Source: an uncultured Pseudomonadales bacterium
GTDB taxonomy: Bacteria; Patescibacteriota; Microgenomatia; UBA1400; PJMF01
Direction: 5' to 3'
Assembly: GCA_964457085.1 (NCBI GenBank)
Contig: CAYWDM010000007.1
Coordinates: forward strand, 1-53,215
Length of the DNA stretch: 53,215 nucleotides
The notes under the pieces were generated by a model. That model ran no database searches. It was not told where the DNA came from and saw nothing but the letters and a program-made list of their open reading frames with translations. A program made the position numbers and the translations under genes. Of the stretch, positions 28,827-38,585 are shown piece after piece (positions within the stretch are counted from its first letter, which is position 1; every line of letters begins with the position of its first letter).

Positions 28827-29573
28827 ATGTTGGAAAGTGAATTTATTCTTCTTGCAGAAACAGTTGATTGGTATTGGTGGCATGTTGCCAAGAGACGTTT
28901 TATTCAAGTTTTTCTAAAAAAACACAAAGTAAGGGAGCTACTGAATAAACCTCGGTCCAGCATTATGGTTTTGGATGCAGGATGTGGAGTTGGCAGTAAC
29001 TACGAGATTCTCAGTAAGTTTGGAATCGTGGTTGGTGCTGACAGCTCTAAAATTGCTTTGCAGTATGCGAAAAAGAAACAATATGAAGCATTAATCAACT
29101 CCTCACTAGATGCTATTCCGTCACAGAAAAAAAGTTATGATTTAATTGGTTGCTTTGATGTTTTATACCATCAGAATATTTCAGATGAAAAGGTGCTGAG
29201 ATCATTTGCAAAAATGTCTAAAAAAAATTCTTGGTTGATTATCACAGATTGTGTGCATCCTTGGCTGTGGAGCGAACATGATAACCAAAATTTGGCAAGA
29301 GAAAGATATCGTGCGTCTGAATTACTTCAGAAAGTTTCAAATAGTGGTTGGGAGGTAGTTGATTGGAGCTACTTATTTACTTCGACATTTGGCATGTTTG
29401 TTGGAAGTAGAATATTAGGCAAAATATTTAAATCATCAAAAGATAATGAGACTGCTATCGCTGAGTGGTTAAACTATTTTTTAGTAAAATTATGTTATAT
29501 AGAATCACAAGTGTTAAAAAGAATGAAGCTGCCATTTGGTAGCAGCGTAATTATTCTTGCTAGAAAAAAATAA
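28827..29573 (+). CDS. Class I SAM methyltransferase (glycan-cluster type)
   Basis: YWWHVAKR, VLDAGCGVG, FDVLYH, LWSEHD, PFGSSVIILARK. Confidence 0.85.
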   Translation: MLESEFILLAETVDWYWWHVAKRRFIQVFLKKHKVRELLNKPRSSIMVLDAGCGVGSNYEILSKFGIVVGADSSKIALQYAKKKQYEALINSSLDAIPSQKKSYDLIGCFDVLYHQNISDEKVLRSFAKMSKKNSWLIITDCVHPWLWSEHDNQNLARERYRASELLQKVSNSGWEVVDWSYLFTSTFGMFVGSRILGKIFKSSKDNETAIAEWLNYFLVKLCYIESQVLKRMKLPFGSSVIILARKK

Positions 29574-31192
29574 TGTCTAAGCTGTTGAAAAAAATAGTAA
29601 CAGAATTTAAAAAAAGATGGCGGATTATACTTGTGATCATCGGTTTAACTCTGCGCTTATTGTTGGTTTTTAATGAGGACTTTTGGGAGGATGAATTGTG
29701 GAGTTACTACTTTGCTGGTAGATATGAGACGTTAAGTCAACACTTTATTAAACCGATTGATGATTTGCCTCCACTCTACTATCCATTGATTTCTATGGTG
29801 CCGAATTCAATCATGAATAGTGATTATGCTGGCATAGCATTACGTTCATTCAGCTTTTTTGCAACGTTCTTTGGTTTTTTAATTTTGTACTTTACGATCA
29901 ATAAACTCAATCGTGGTTGGGCCGATGTTTGGCTAGTTATATGGGTATTTTCACTTGAGTTGATGCAGTATTCATGGCAAGCAAGAGTGTATGGAATATA
30001 TTTCTTGTTTTGCTCATTACTTTTTTCAGCCTGGATTGATTTACTGCTTTTATTTTTTGAAAAAAAGCGATTAATGTGGCAGCTAATTAAAGTTGCTTTT
30101 TTTACGTTGCTCTGTGGTATGAGCAATTATATTTTTATACCATTTGCAACGGCAGTCGGAATTGCATTGACAATAATCACGCTATTTTCTGATCAAATCA
30201 CCAAATCTAAATTACTAAAGATACTAGGATTTTTTTATATAAGTATTATTCCCATAGTTATTGTTCTAAGTTTTTATTTATTTCGATCACATCAACTAAG
30301 TACGGTGATATTTACCACAGAGTGGATTCCTCGCCCAACCATACTTTCTCTAGTTGGACTAACAGCTAATTATGTGAATTTGAATAACTATTTTTTTGAA
30401 TATCCAGCTGGAGATCCAAAAAAAGCCCACGAGCTACTTTTTGTTAACGCTGCTGTGGTTTTATTGTTGGGAGTTTTTATTGCGATAATTAATAAAAGTG
30501 AAGACAATCGAACGAAATATTTTTGGAAGTTTAGTTTATTTGTTTTAATTGTTGTAATGGTTCATATCGGTGGCATATATCTTATATCTATCTTTTCTGA
30601 ACGTTCGTACTTTATACCAAGATTTTTTGAATCCTCAGCACTACTTTTTTTAATTTGGCTGTCAATGGTGTTTAATGCTGTTCTGCAGAATGTTGCTACT
30701 GAAAAAAGTGGCAAATTATTGGCCATGGGCATAGCGAGCATATATGTAGTTGGATTCTTTTTAAACTTTTCTGATAGACATCAATTGCTAACCACGTACC
30801 CGCCAGATGATCGCTTCATCAAGCAATCCATGACCGATGGACAGTCTATTCTGAAGGACGGTGATTTGGTTGTATTTATCCCTATTCATTATCAGAGGTT
30901 GTATCCAGGTTATTATTTTCATGGAGATGCTAGAAGAATTATTGGAGATAAAATAACTACCAACTCAATTTTGCCTCTTTTTTTCACTTCAAATGACAAA
31001 ATATATCAACATCAGCGGCTAGTGATGTTTGTGGCTGCATATATTGAAGAATATAGAAAAAACGACAGACATAACCAGAGTGTTGATAATAATATATTTT
31101 ATTACGATCACATCAGTAGTTTTTGTAAAACTGATTTGGTTGACGAATTCAACAATTCTGAATTCAAAATTCAAACTTGCAGCCTTCAATGA
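29573..31192 (+). CDS. GT-C superfamily (PMT/ArnT-like) integral membrane glycosyltransferase
   Basis: FWEDELWSY, DDLPPLYY, LRSFS, QARVYG, multiple TMs, YFIPRFF. Confidence 0.82.
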   Translation: MSKLLKKIVTEFKKRWRIILVIIGLTLRLLLVFNEDFWEDELWSYYFAGRYETLSQHFIKPIDDLPPLYYPLISMVPNSIMNSDYAGIALRSFSFFATFFGFLILYFTINKLNRGWADVWLVIWVFSLELMQYSWQARVYGIYFLFCSLLFSAWIDLLLLFFEKKRLMWQLIKVAFFTLLCGMSNYIFIPFATAVGIALTIITLFSDQITKSKLLKILGFFYISIIPIVIVLSFYLFRSHQLSTVIFTTEWIPRPTILSLVGLTANYVNLNNYFFEYPAGDPKKAHELLFVNAAVVLLLGVFIAIINKSEDNRTKYFWKFSLFVLIVVMVHIGGIYLISIFSERSYFIPRFFESSALLFLIWLSMVFNAVLQNVATEKSGKLLAMGIASIYVVGFFLNFSDRHQLLTTYPPDDRFIKQSMTDGQSILKDGDLVVFIPIHYQRLYPGYYFHGDARRIIGDKITTNSILPLFFTSNDKIYQHQRLVMFVAAYIEEYRKNDRHNQSVDNNIFYYDHISSFCKTDLVDEFNNSEFKIQTCSLQ

Positions 31193-32301
31193 AACCGTTT
31201 GGAAATGTCGCTGATTGCGGCTATTACTTGTTTAATTTCTAAACTACTGGTGCCAGTGCCTGATGGAAGATACATGCCTTGATCAGCAATTTTAGTTGCA
31301 ACTGGAAAATCTTGTTTTTGGAGTAAATTCATTTTTTTAAATGCTCGTTTTGGTTCATAAAAAAATGTTCGTGTTTGGATGCCATATTCATTAAGCAACA
31401 TCCTCATTAGTGTGTCACGATCACACCCAAATTTACTTTCTATGATTTGGATCGCATACATCCAATACACTTGCCTACCAACTGTAAATTCCATCGGAAG
31501 CTGCAAACCAGGAATTTTTGACAAACCACGATTATAAGTGGCAGCTAACTGTTGTTTTTTAAAGATATTTTTTTCAACTTTTTCAAGCTCACAAAGACCA
31601 ACTGCTCCCTGCATGTTGCTCATAGGATAGTTAAATCCAAGACTAGTATGGGTGAATCGTCTTTCTGGATCGTGACTCAGGGAATGTTGCCTTCTTAGCT
31701 TGTCTGAAAGTAGTTTGTCATTGGTGACTACCATTCCGCCCTCACCCGTGGTAATGATTTTATTAGCGTAAAAACTGAAGCATCCTAGTTTCCCAAATGA
31801 GCCAACTTTTTTTTCATTGATGTGGGCGCCGTGAGCTTCAGCTGCATCTTCAATGACTGTCAGATTATGTTTTGCTGCTATTTTCAAAATAGCTTCCATG
31901 TCACAAGGTCGTCCAAATAGATGAACTGGCATAATCGCTTTAGTTTTGGGTGTAATTGCAGCTTCAATTAGTTGTGGGTTGATGTTGTATGTAGAATCTT
32001 CAACATCAACTGGTACAGCTGTGGCACCAAGATACCAAATCGCAAAAAAACATGAAGCTATGGTTGATGCTGGCAAAATAACTTCATCTCCTGGTCCAAT
32101 GTCCAATGAACTTAAAGCCAGGTGCAGAGCTGTGGTTCCTGAGCTAACTGCAATGCCATATTCACATCCTATATATGCTGCAAAGTCTTGTTCGAATTGT
32201 TTGACATAGCTACCCTCACCAGAGACCCAACCATCATCAATACATTTGTTGAGTAGTTTTTTACTTTTGGGATTAAGTTTATTGTTGTTTACGGGAATCA
32301 T
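31186..32301 (-). CDS. DegT/DnrJ/EryC1/StrS aminotransferase (perosamine synthase-like)
   Basis: SSGTTALHLAL, IMPVHLFG, IEDAAEAHGA, FSFYANKIITTGEGGM. Confidence 0.95.
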   Translation of the reverse strand: MIPVNNNKLNPKSKKLLNKCIDDGWVSGEGSYVKQFEQDFAAYIGCEYGIAVSSGTTALHLALSSLDIGPGDEVILPASTIASCFFAIWYLGATAVPVDVEDSTYNINPQLIEAAITPKTKAIMPVHLFGRPCDMEAILKIAAKHNLTVIEDAAEAHGAHINEKKVGSFGKLGCFSFYANKIITTGEGGMVVTNDKLLSDKLRRQHSLSHDPERRFTHTSLGFNYPMSNMQGAVGLCELEKVEKNIFKKQQLAATYNRGLSKIPGLQLPMEFTVGRQVYWMYAIQIIESKFGCDRDTLMRMLLNEYGIQTRTFFYEPKRAFKKMNLLQKQDFPVATKIADQGMYLPSGTGTSSLEIKQVIAAISDISKRFH

Positions 32302-33271
32302 ATATCACTCCATTTGCATCATATACTGATTGGATTAGGCGCGCTGTTTTTTGAGCAGTTGCAAGGTATTGCAGAGCATGTGTCTGTGGTTGATGTCTAC
32401 AGTTGGCAACCCATGTTTTGAGTTCACTTTGAATTGCTGACCCTGGGATGCAAGTGTATTCTTGATTGGATTGGTGTTTGTTGCTGTGTAAAACAGAGCT
32501 GTGGTCAGTGGCTGTAATAGTGCCATTTTTACCAGTAATCTGAATCGTTAGATAGTTGTCTGCAGTTTCCCAATAACAGGCTATCTTGACTGCAATAGAT
32601 CCAGCATCGAGCATCACAACAGCGGTTGATTCAACCGCGGATTTTGCTTGTCGATTTAGTATGACTTCGCGTAATTGCCAATCTTGCTCAGGTAAGTACC
32701 AAGATAATAAGTCTAAGAGGTGATATCCATTATCGATGAGGGTGCCACCACCAGATTTTTTTTCATTTGCAAACCAGGTTTGGGTTGATTTGTTTCGGCC
32801 ACTATTAATTTTAAGCTCAATGTTGGTGAGTTCCCCAATCTTTTGTTGCGAAAGCCATTTTTTTACTTGTGAAGTTGACTCGAAAAAACGGTGGTTTTGA
32901 CCATACTGCCAATTCATTTTTTGACTAGAGTTGATGGCAGTTGCCAAAGACTTTAGATCTGAGTTGCTAATACCAGCAGGTTTCTCACAAAGTACGTGCT
33001 TCCCTGCTCTCAGCGCAGCAACAGATTGTCGTGCATGCAAGTAATTCGGAGTGCAAATGATCACACCTGCTACCTTATGGTCAGCTAGAACAGCTTCAAA
33101 TGTGGGATAGATATGTGATTGAGTGCTGGCTGCAATGTTTTGTGCCTGTAGCGCATCTTGGTCATACACCCCAATTAATTGCAGTTCATCACAAGCCAAA
33201 GTAGCTGCAGCTCGTTTATGGCCAAACTGGCCACAACCAACAATTGCGATGTTGAATTGCGGCTCTGTCAT
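32279..33271 (-). CDS. Gfo/Idh/MocA family oxidoreductase
   Basis: IVGCGQFG, ICTPNYLH, GKHVLCEKP, GGGTLIDNGYHLLD. Confidence 0.93.
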   Translation of the reverse strand: MTEPQFNIAIVGCGQFGHKRAAATLACDELQLIGVYDQDALQAQNIAASTQSHIYPTFEAVLADHKVAGVIICTPNYLHARQSVAALRAGKHVLCEKPAGISNSDLKSLATAINSSQKMNWQYGQNHRFFESTSQVKKWLSQQKIGELTNIELKINSGRNKSTQTWFANEKKSGGGTLIDNGYHLLDLLSWYLPEQDWQLREVILNRQAKSAVESTAVVMLDAGSIAVKIACYWETADNYLTIQITGKNGTITATDHSSVLHSNKHQSNQEYTCIPGSAIQSELKTWVANCRHQPQTHALQYLATAQKTARLIQSVYDANGVIYDSRKQQ

Positions 33272-33310
33272 ATATTGTGATTATTCATATGGGTATAATA
33301 GTAACCATTC

Positions 33311-34135
33311 ATGGTTAAAATCAACCACCAGCATATACAGTCGTCCAAACCAGCCATTTTGCAGCAGGAAAGTGATCATACTTCATGGCATGAAGTAAGT
33401 GAGTGGTATTCTGCTCTAGTTGGTGAGCAGGGTCATTATTATCATCAACAGGTAATCTTTCCTCAACTCAAAAAACTGTGGAAAGCAGAATCAAAAATAC
33501 GAGTACTTGATTTAGGATGTGGCCAGGGAGTTTTGGCAGCATGGTTGGGTGAAGAAATAGAATATTTGGGAGTTGATGCTGCCAGAGCGTTGATTCAGCA
33601 GGCACAGCAACGAACAAAAAATACTCGATGGCAGTTTATGCTGGCAGATGCCACTCAGTCGTTGAACCAACAGTTGCATTTAGATTTAAACGAAACATTT
33701 ACCGATGCTTTTTGTATTTTGTCACTGCAAAATATGAAAGATCAAAATGCTTGTTTAGCCAATGCACAACAGGCACTTCAGAAAGGGGGTCATCTGCACT
33801 TGGTGTTGAATCATCCGTGTTTTCGAATTCCAAGACAATCAGGTTGGGGTGAACACGAAAAAACGAGGCAAGTCTACCGGTGGATTAATAGATACTTAGT
33901 TCCTCAAGAAATTCCAATTAAGACTCATCCGAGTAATCCAAAGAGTTCAGTGACTTGGTCCTTTCATCACTCAATATCAGACTATAGTTTGTGGCTTAAT
34001 CAGCTGGGGATGCAGATCGAAAGAATCGATGAATGGACTTCTAATAAACTGAGTAAAGGCAAAGTCGCCAAACAGGAAAACTTAAGCCGTAATGAGATTC
34101 CCCTATTTCTATACATTCAGGCAGTGAAGAAATAG
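33311..34135 (+). CDS. Class I SAM-dependent methyltransferase
   Basis: VLDLGCGQG, YLGVDA, LVLNHPCFRIPRQSGW. Confidence 0.88.
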   Translation: MVKINHQHIQSSKPAILQQESDHTSWHEVSEWYSALVGEQGHYYHQQVIFPQLKKLWKAESKIRVLDLGCGQGVLAAWLGEEIEYLGVDAARALIQQAQQRTKNTRWQFMLADATQSLNQQLHLDLNETFTDAFCILSLQNMKDQNACLANAQQALQKGGHLHLVLNHPCFRIPRQSGWGEHEKTRQVYRWINRYLVPQEIPIKTHPSNPKSSVTWSFHHSISDYSLWLNQLGMQIERIDEWTSNKLSKGKVAKQENLSRNEIPLFLYIQAVKK

Positions 34136-34251
34136 CTGCATTAAGCTTGAATTTGAGTATACGCAAAATCTCAGTTTAATTTTCAAATTTATAATTGTTG
34201 ATAGTGGTACTATGGTCTAGTGAGTATTTGTTGTAGTTAGTAATTACTGAG

Positions 34252-35840
34252 ATGATAACTTTCGGTCAAAAAAAAGCCATTTGGATTATTATTTTCTTGT
34301 TAGCTATCGCCACTGCGTGGAGACTCTATTTTGCACTCAAATTAAACTACTGGTTTGACGAACTTTGGGCATATTACTTTGCAAATTATCCCAGATACAG
34401 TTTCCGAAACCACATAATTGCTCCGTTGGATGATCGTCCACCAATCCATTATTTATTACTTAAATTGATGAGTGGTGTTTCTACGCATAGCTTGTGGTTG
34501 CGTTTACCCAGTGTTTTAGCAGGTATTGCCCTGTTGATTGGGATAATTAGATATGCATGGAAGAAAAGTATTGCCTGGGCTGTAGTTGCTGCGATACTGG
34601 GTGTAAATTTTTATATGTTTGTGCGGATGTCAACTCAAGCAAGAGATTACGGTCTCATGATCTATATTGCGTGGCTGCAGGTTTCAATGGTACTCGCTTG
34701 GCTTGATGAGAAACAAGCCAAAAGTATTTTCAGTTGGCAATTTTGGTGTGACGTGGCGTGCTGGTCGCTTGTTTCTTTACTTGGATTGGGGCTGAATTAT
34801 GCCTATATACCGTTTTTTGGATCAGTGGTAGTGAGTAGCGTGTTGGTGGGGATAGCAAGGTGCTACAGACATCGTGTTCAGTGGAAATCATTGTGGCTGT
34901 GGGCGGCAACAGTTCTTTTGGGTTCGATTCCTGCATTGTTGATGATTAGATATTATCTGTTTGTGTCAAATCAGATGCAGTATTTAATACAGACTACCAA
35001 CTGGATAAACGATCCAAATGTGCATGATGTTATTAAGCTGCTAATTACACTATTTGGACTTGGAGTGGATGCGAATCATGATACAAATAATTTTGATTTG
35101 TTGGTTGCTCAATTTGGTTACTTGTTGTTTGGTTTGAGCGTTTTGTCTGTTGGTTGGTTGCAGGCTTGGAAAAAACCATGGTTAAAATCACCGCTACTTT
35201 TTGGGACAGTAACAGTGTTTTTAAACATCGCTGTCGTGGTCATAGCTTCGATGTTATCCAAGGATACGTCATATTTTATTAATAGATTCTTCGTTCCAAT
35301 TAGTGTCGTGTGTTTTTTGCTGCTATCAATCAGTGTTTGGCAGCTATGGGAACTGCTAGTTACTCACCATCTGAGATGGATATTTTTGCTATTCTTTTTA
35401 CTGTTTACACCGCTTTATTTGGTTCAAGAGAATGCTCGTTTGAGATTCTTTGGTGATCAAGAAGTATTTGGTCGTGAAAATGAGCTTTTTGTTAACCGTA
35501 TCAAGTCGCTTTGGAAGCCTGGAGATCAGCTAATTTTCCTTACTCTAATACGATTTCAAAAATTGTGACACCAGACGATGAAGAGGTCTGCGATTTGCCA
35601 TTGAAAGTAAATTTTTTTCCGGGAACCAAATTGATAGTGGCAATAGTTGGTGATACCACTATCCAAGAACAAGCATTTGTGACATTGGATGAAAGCTATT
35701 TGGTATATCCTCAGGCTGTGATACCGTTTGAGCAGCTTTGCGAGTCAGAAATGCATCAAGAGTTCAAAATGGGATTAACATCTATCATGACTTGTGAGCT
35801 CAAACAGGAGTTGGTGCTGAATCATTACTCCTACCTATAA
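34252..35840 (+). pseudogene. GT-C glycosyltransferase paralog, frameshifted near 35560 (ORFs 34252-35568 and 35511-35840)
   Basis: WFDELWAY, DDRPPIHY, QARDYG and YFINRFF parallel 29573-31192. The -1-frame ORF ends LCESEMHQEFKMGLTSIMTCELK, matching the paralog's C-terminus FCKTDLVDEFNNSEFKIQTCSLQ. Confidence 0.7.
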
Positions 35841-35909
35841 TTCAGCAACAACACAGTTTTATTATCTCAAGTTTTAGCTTTGATAAGGCGAGTCTGATAG
35901 AATCTTTTT

Positions 35910-36878
35910 ATGGTTGAAAGTATCCATTCGACAACAGACTCAACAGCTGATTCGCTAAAAAATCGCAGTAAAACCGAACTATACTGGATGATTCATGATT
36001 ACTTTCAACGTCTTGATAATGACGGTCATTTACTCACCGATAGTCAAGGTGCTCCACTACTTGAGCCAATGAACACCTACCCTCGAATTGACCCGGAAGA
36101 TTATCAAAGAAATGATCAGCCAGATGGCGTATCGCATAACTACCCTACATTTCATGAGTTTGGGAATTTTACTCATCCAGATCAAGTATTGAATAGATGG
36201 CGTGAGCTTCGTCAAGGTATAGGTGAGTTATGTAAACATCTCGAGCCTCAAATTGTTGAGCAAATACAGAAACATTTTGCTACTGAAATTGATGGCTTAG
36301 ATAAAGGGAATTTATTCGAGATCGCAATAATTTTTCATGATATTGCTAAGAATATCAGTCCGATGTACCCCGATGACCCAAAGTGGCCGATATCTCTTCG
36401 CAAACATGAGCATCATGAGGATATCGGAGCTGATTTTTTACGCACATACAAACCAGTGAGAGAATTGCTAATGGGGCAATATAATTTAACCGAGCCACAG
36501 ATTGACTATATAGCAGATTGTGTGGGGAATCACTTTGTTTTGGATCAAGCTCGGCGTGAGAGAATCGAGCAAAAATTGCCCTATGATTTCACTTTTACAC
36601 AAAGTCAAGAATGTCAAGATATTTGTGGCGAGTTGATTGAGCAACATACCAACATGGCTGTTGAGATTGGTGTGTTTTTCTTAGTCGATAGTGCTGGTAA
36701 AACAACCGAATACCATGTCGATGAAACAGAGCAATCATATCAAGAATATCTGGCACAGTTACGCCAACGAGTATTACAGGGAGAGGTTGAATTCAGACTT
36801 GAAAGAGCACTTTCGCAGCAAACTCTCAATTTCCAGGTTGGAAAAGCATACATGACTCACCCATCAATGCAATTTTGA
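35910..36878 (+). CDS. HD-domain (metal-dependent phosphohydrolase-like) protein
   Basis: IIFHDIAK, HEDIGADFL, VGNH, LVDS. Confidence 0.7.
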   Translation: MVESIHSTTDSTADSLKNRSKTELYWMIHDYFQRLDNDGHLLTDSQGAPLLEPMNTYPRIDPEDYQRNDQPDGVSHNYPTFHEFGNFTHPDQVLNRWRELRQGIGELCKHLEPQIVEQIQKHFATEIDGLDKGNLFEIAIIFHDIAKNISPMYPDDPKWPISLRKHEHHEDIGADFLRTYKPVRELLMGQYNLTEPQIDYIADCVGNHFVLDQARRERIEQKLPYDFTFTQSQECQDICGELIEQHTNMAVEIGVFFLVDSAGKTTEYHVDETEQSYQEYLAQLRQRVLQGEVEFRLERALSQQTLNFQVGKAYMTHPSMQF

Positions 36879-36893
36879 TTTGAGCATAAACCA

Positions 36894-36917
36894 AAAGCAC
36901 ACCTTCTGGTGTGCTTT
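36894..36917. terminator. Bidirectional intrinsic terminator between the HD gene and gpmA
   Basis: AAAGCACACC-TTCT-GGTGTGCTTT perfect stem between convergent genes. Confidence 0.8.
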
Positions 36918-36939
36918 ATTAATCAGATTCTGGTGCAAT

Positions 36940-37701
36940 TTATTTTTGAGCTTTTTGCCCCTGTTTGGCTACAGCAGAGATGGCAGCTTCAATTGCCGCG
37001 GCATCACCAAGATAATAGTGTTTGATTGGCATGAGATTTTCATCCAACTCATAGACCAATGGAATGCCAGTGGGGATATTGAGTTCAGTGATTTCTGATT
37101 CACTAATGTTATCGAAATATTTGACTAGTGCTCGGATACTGTTCCCATGAGCTGCAATCAAAACTCGCTTACCACTTTTTACCATTGGGGCGATGACTTC
37201 TTGCCAGTATGGCACCATTCGTGCAATCACCTCTTTGAGTGATTCTGTTTGGGGGATTTGTGTTTCTGTGAGCTGTGCATAACGAGGATCGCTATTTGCA
37301 CGACGTGGGTCACTCAACTCAAGTGCTGGTGGTGGTACGTCAAAACTACGTCGCCAAGTTTTAAATTGTACTTCGCCAAATTTTTCTAAGGTTTCTGTTT
37401 TATTAAGTCCCTGTAGATTTCCATAATGTCGTTCATTTAATTGCCAAGCATTGATTACTGGTATCCACTCGAGATTCATTTCTTCAAGTGCTAGCCAAAG
37501 CGTTTTGATTGCTCTTTTCAGTACTGAGGTATAGGCAATATCAAAGACAAAACCTTCTTTTTTCAGAATTTGACCTGCAGATTTCGCTTCAGTGACTCCG
37601 AGATCGGTCAGCCCGACATCAGTCCAACCGGAAAAACGATTTTCCAGGTTCCAAGCACTTTGTCCGTGTCTGAGTAATACTAACTTGTATGTTGTTGACA
37701 T
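36940..37701 (-). CDS. gpmA: 2,3-bisphosphoglycerate-dependent phosphoglycerate mutase
   Basis: [54 protein letters not shown] before ATG 37701. Confidence 0.97.
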   Translation of the reverse strand: MSTTYKLVLLRHGQSAWNLENRFSGWTDVGLTDLGVTEAKSAGQILKKEGFVFDIAYTSVLKRAIKTLWLALEEMNLEWIPVINAWQLNERHYGNLQGLNKTETLEKFGEVQFKTWRRSFDVPPPALELSDPRRANSDPRYAQLTETQIPQTESLKEVIARMVPYWQEVIAPMVKSGKRVLIAAHGNSIRALVKYFDNISESEITELNIPTGIPLVYELDENLMPIKHYYLGDAAAIEAAISAVAKQGQKAQK

Positions 37702-37976
37702 TGTCACCTCCTCTATTGCTATATAACAATTCGTATGCACAAAGTATAGTGCGATTTTATGTCTGGTACAAGCGAAAAAAAACTGAAAACTAAGCTTTGT
37801 ACAGCCGTCTTTTTATGTGTAATTGTAAATACGTTCTGAGTTAAGTGAATAACCTGTTTAAATAGCAAAAAGGTTTGGTATTTCAAGCTAAGATATTTTT
37901 ACACTCTATCCCAATAAGCAATCTTCTGCTACAATTCACTCGTTAGTATGTTGGTGTTGGTGTGCCCATGAAGTGA

Positions 37977-38023
37977 TTTTTCTCCTCAGGGTTTAGAGCC
38001 ACACAGTCCCTGAAGGAGGGAAA
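37977..38023 (+). promoter_or_regulatory. 5'-UTR hairpin sequestering the SD of the RRM gene
   Basis: TTTTTCTCC-TCAGGG (37977-37991) pairs with CCCTGA-[A]-GGAGGGAAA (38008-38023), 3 nt before the ATG. Confidence 0.6.
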
Positions 38024-38026
38024 GAC

Positions 38027-38470
38027 ATGAACGAATCACAAAGCGCAGCAGTTAAGCTGTACGTGGGTAACTTACCTTGGAGTATCGGTGACGATCAACT
38101 CGCAGCTATGTTTGCTCAGGCTGGTACTGTAGTTTCAGCCAGTGTTATTATTGATCGATTTTCAGGTCGTTCAAAGGGTTTTGGTTTTGTAGAGATGGCA
38201 AGTCAGGCAGAAGCCGATGCAGCCGTCGCTCAATTCAACGAATTTGACGTCGAAGGTCGCAAGTTGGTGGTCAATGTTGCTCGACCAATGGAGCCTCGTG
38301 AACGTCGCTCATTTGGTGGCGGCAATGATCGCGGTGGCGATCGTGGTGGTTTCGGCGGTGGCCGATCATCCGGTGGTTACGGCGGTGGCCGTGGTGGTGA
38401 CAGTCGTGGTGGTTTCGGCGGTGGCCGATCATCCGGTGGTGGCGGCGGTAGTCGCTACAACAGAGACTAA
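38027..38470 (+). CDS. RRM (RNP-1) RNA-binding protein with a Gly/Arg-rich tail
   Basis: KLYVGNL (RNP2), RSKGFGFVEM (RNP1), RGG tail. Confidence 0.96.
   Translation: MNESQSAAVKLYVGNLPWSIGDDQLAAMFAQAGTVVSASVIIDRFSGRSKGFGFVEMASQAEADAAVAQFNEFDVEGRKLVVNVARPMEPRERRSFGGGNDRGGDRGGFGGGRSSGGYGGGRGGDSRGGFGGGRSSGGGGGSRYNRD
38341..38440 (+). repeat. Perfect 37-bp direct repeat (38341-38377, 38404-38440) encoding RGGFGGGRSSGG twice
   Basis: TCGTGGTGGTTTCGGCGGTGGCCGATCATCCGGTGGT occurs twice with a 63-nt period. Confidence 0.9.
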
Positions 38471-38496
38471 TTTGCTCCAAAGTTAAATGCAAATTG

Positions 38497-38524
38497 AAAA
38501 CAGCCCCGTAACAGGGGCTGTTTT
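38497..38524 (+). terminator. Intrinsic terminator after the RRM gene
   Basis: AAAACAGCCCC-GTAACA-GGGGCTGTTTT. Confidence 0.85.
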
Positions 38525-38550
38525 GGTATGCGATGGTGATGTAATTCCCC

Positions 38551-38579
38551 TTGATTAGAATCTGGTGTGAGCAGATAAT
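38551..38579 (+). promoter_or_regulatory. Leaderless-type promoter for pyk
   Basis: TTGATT, 17 nt, GATAAT, 6 nt, ATG (38586). Confidence 0.6.
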
Positions 38580-38585
38580 ACCGGT

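Noticed and set aside
38341-38440. 37-bp direct repeat as a CRISPR array
   Set aside because: Only two copies, in frame within an RGG-rich coding tail, and no cas genes.
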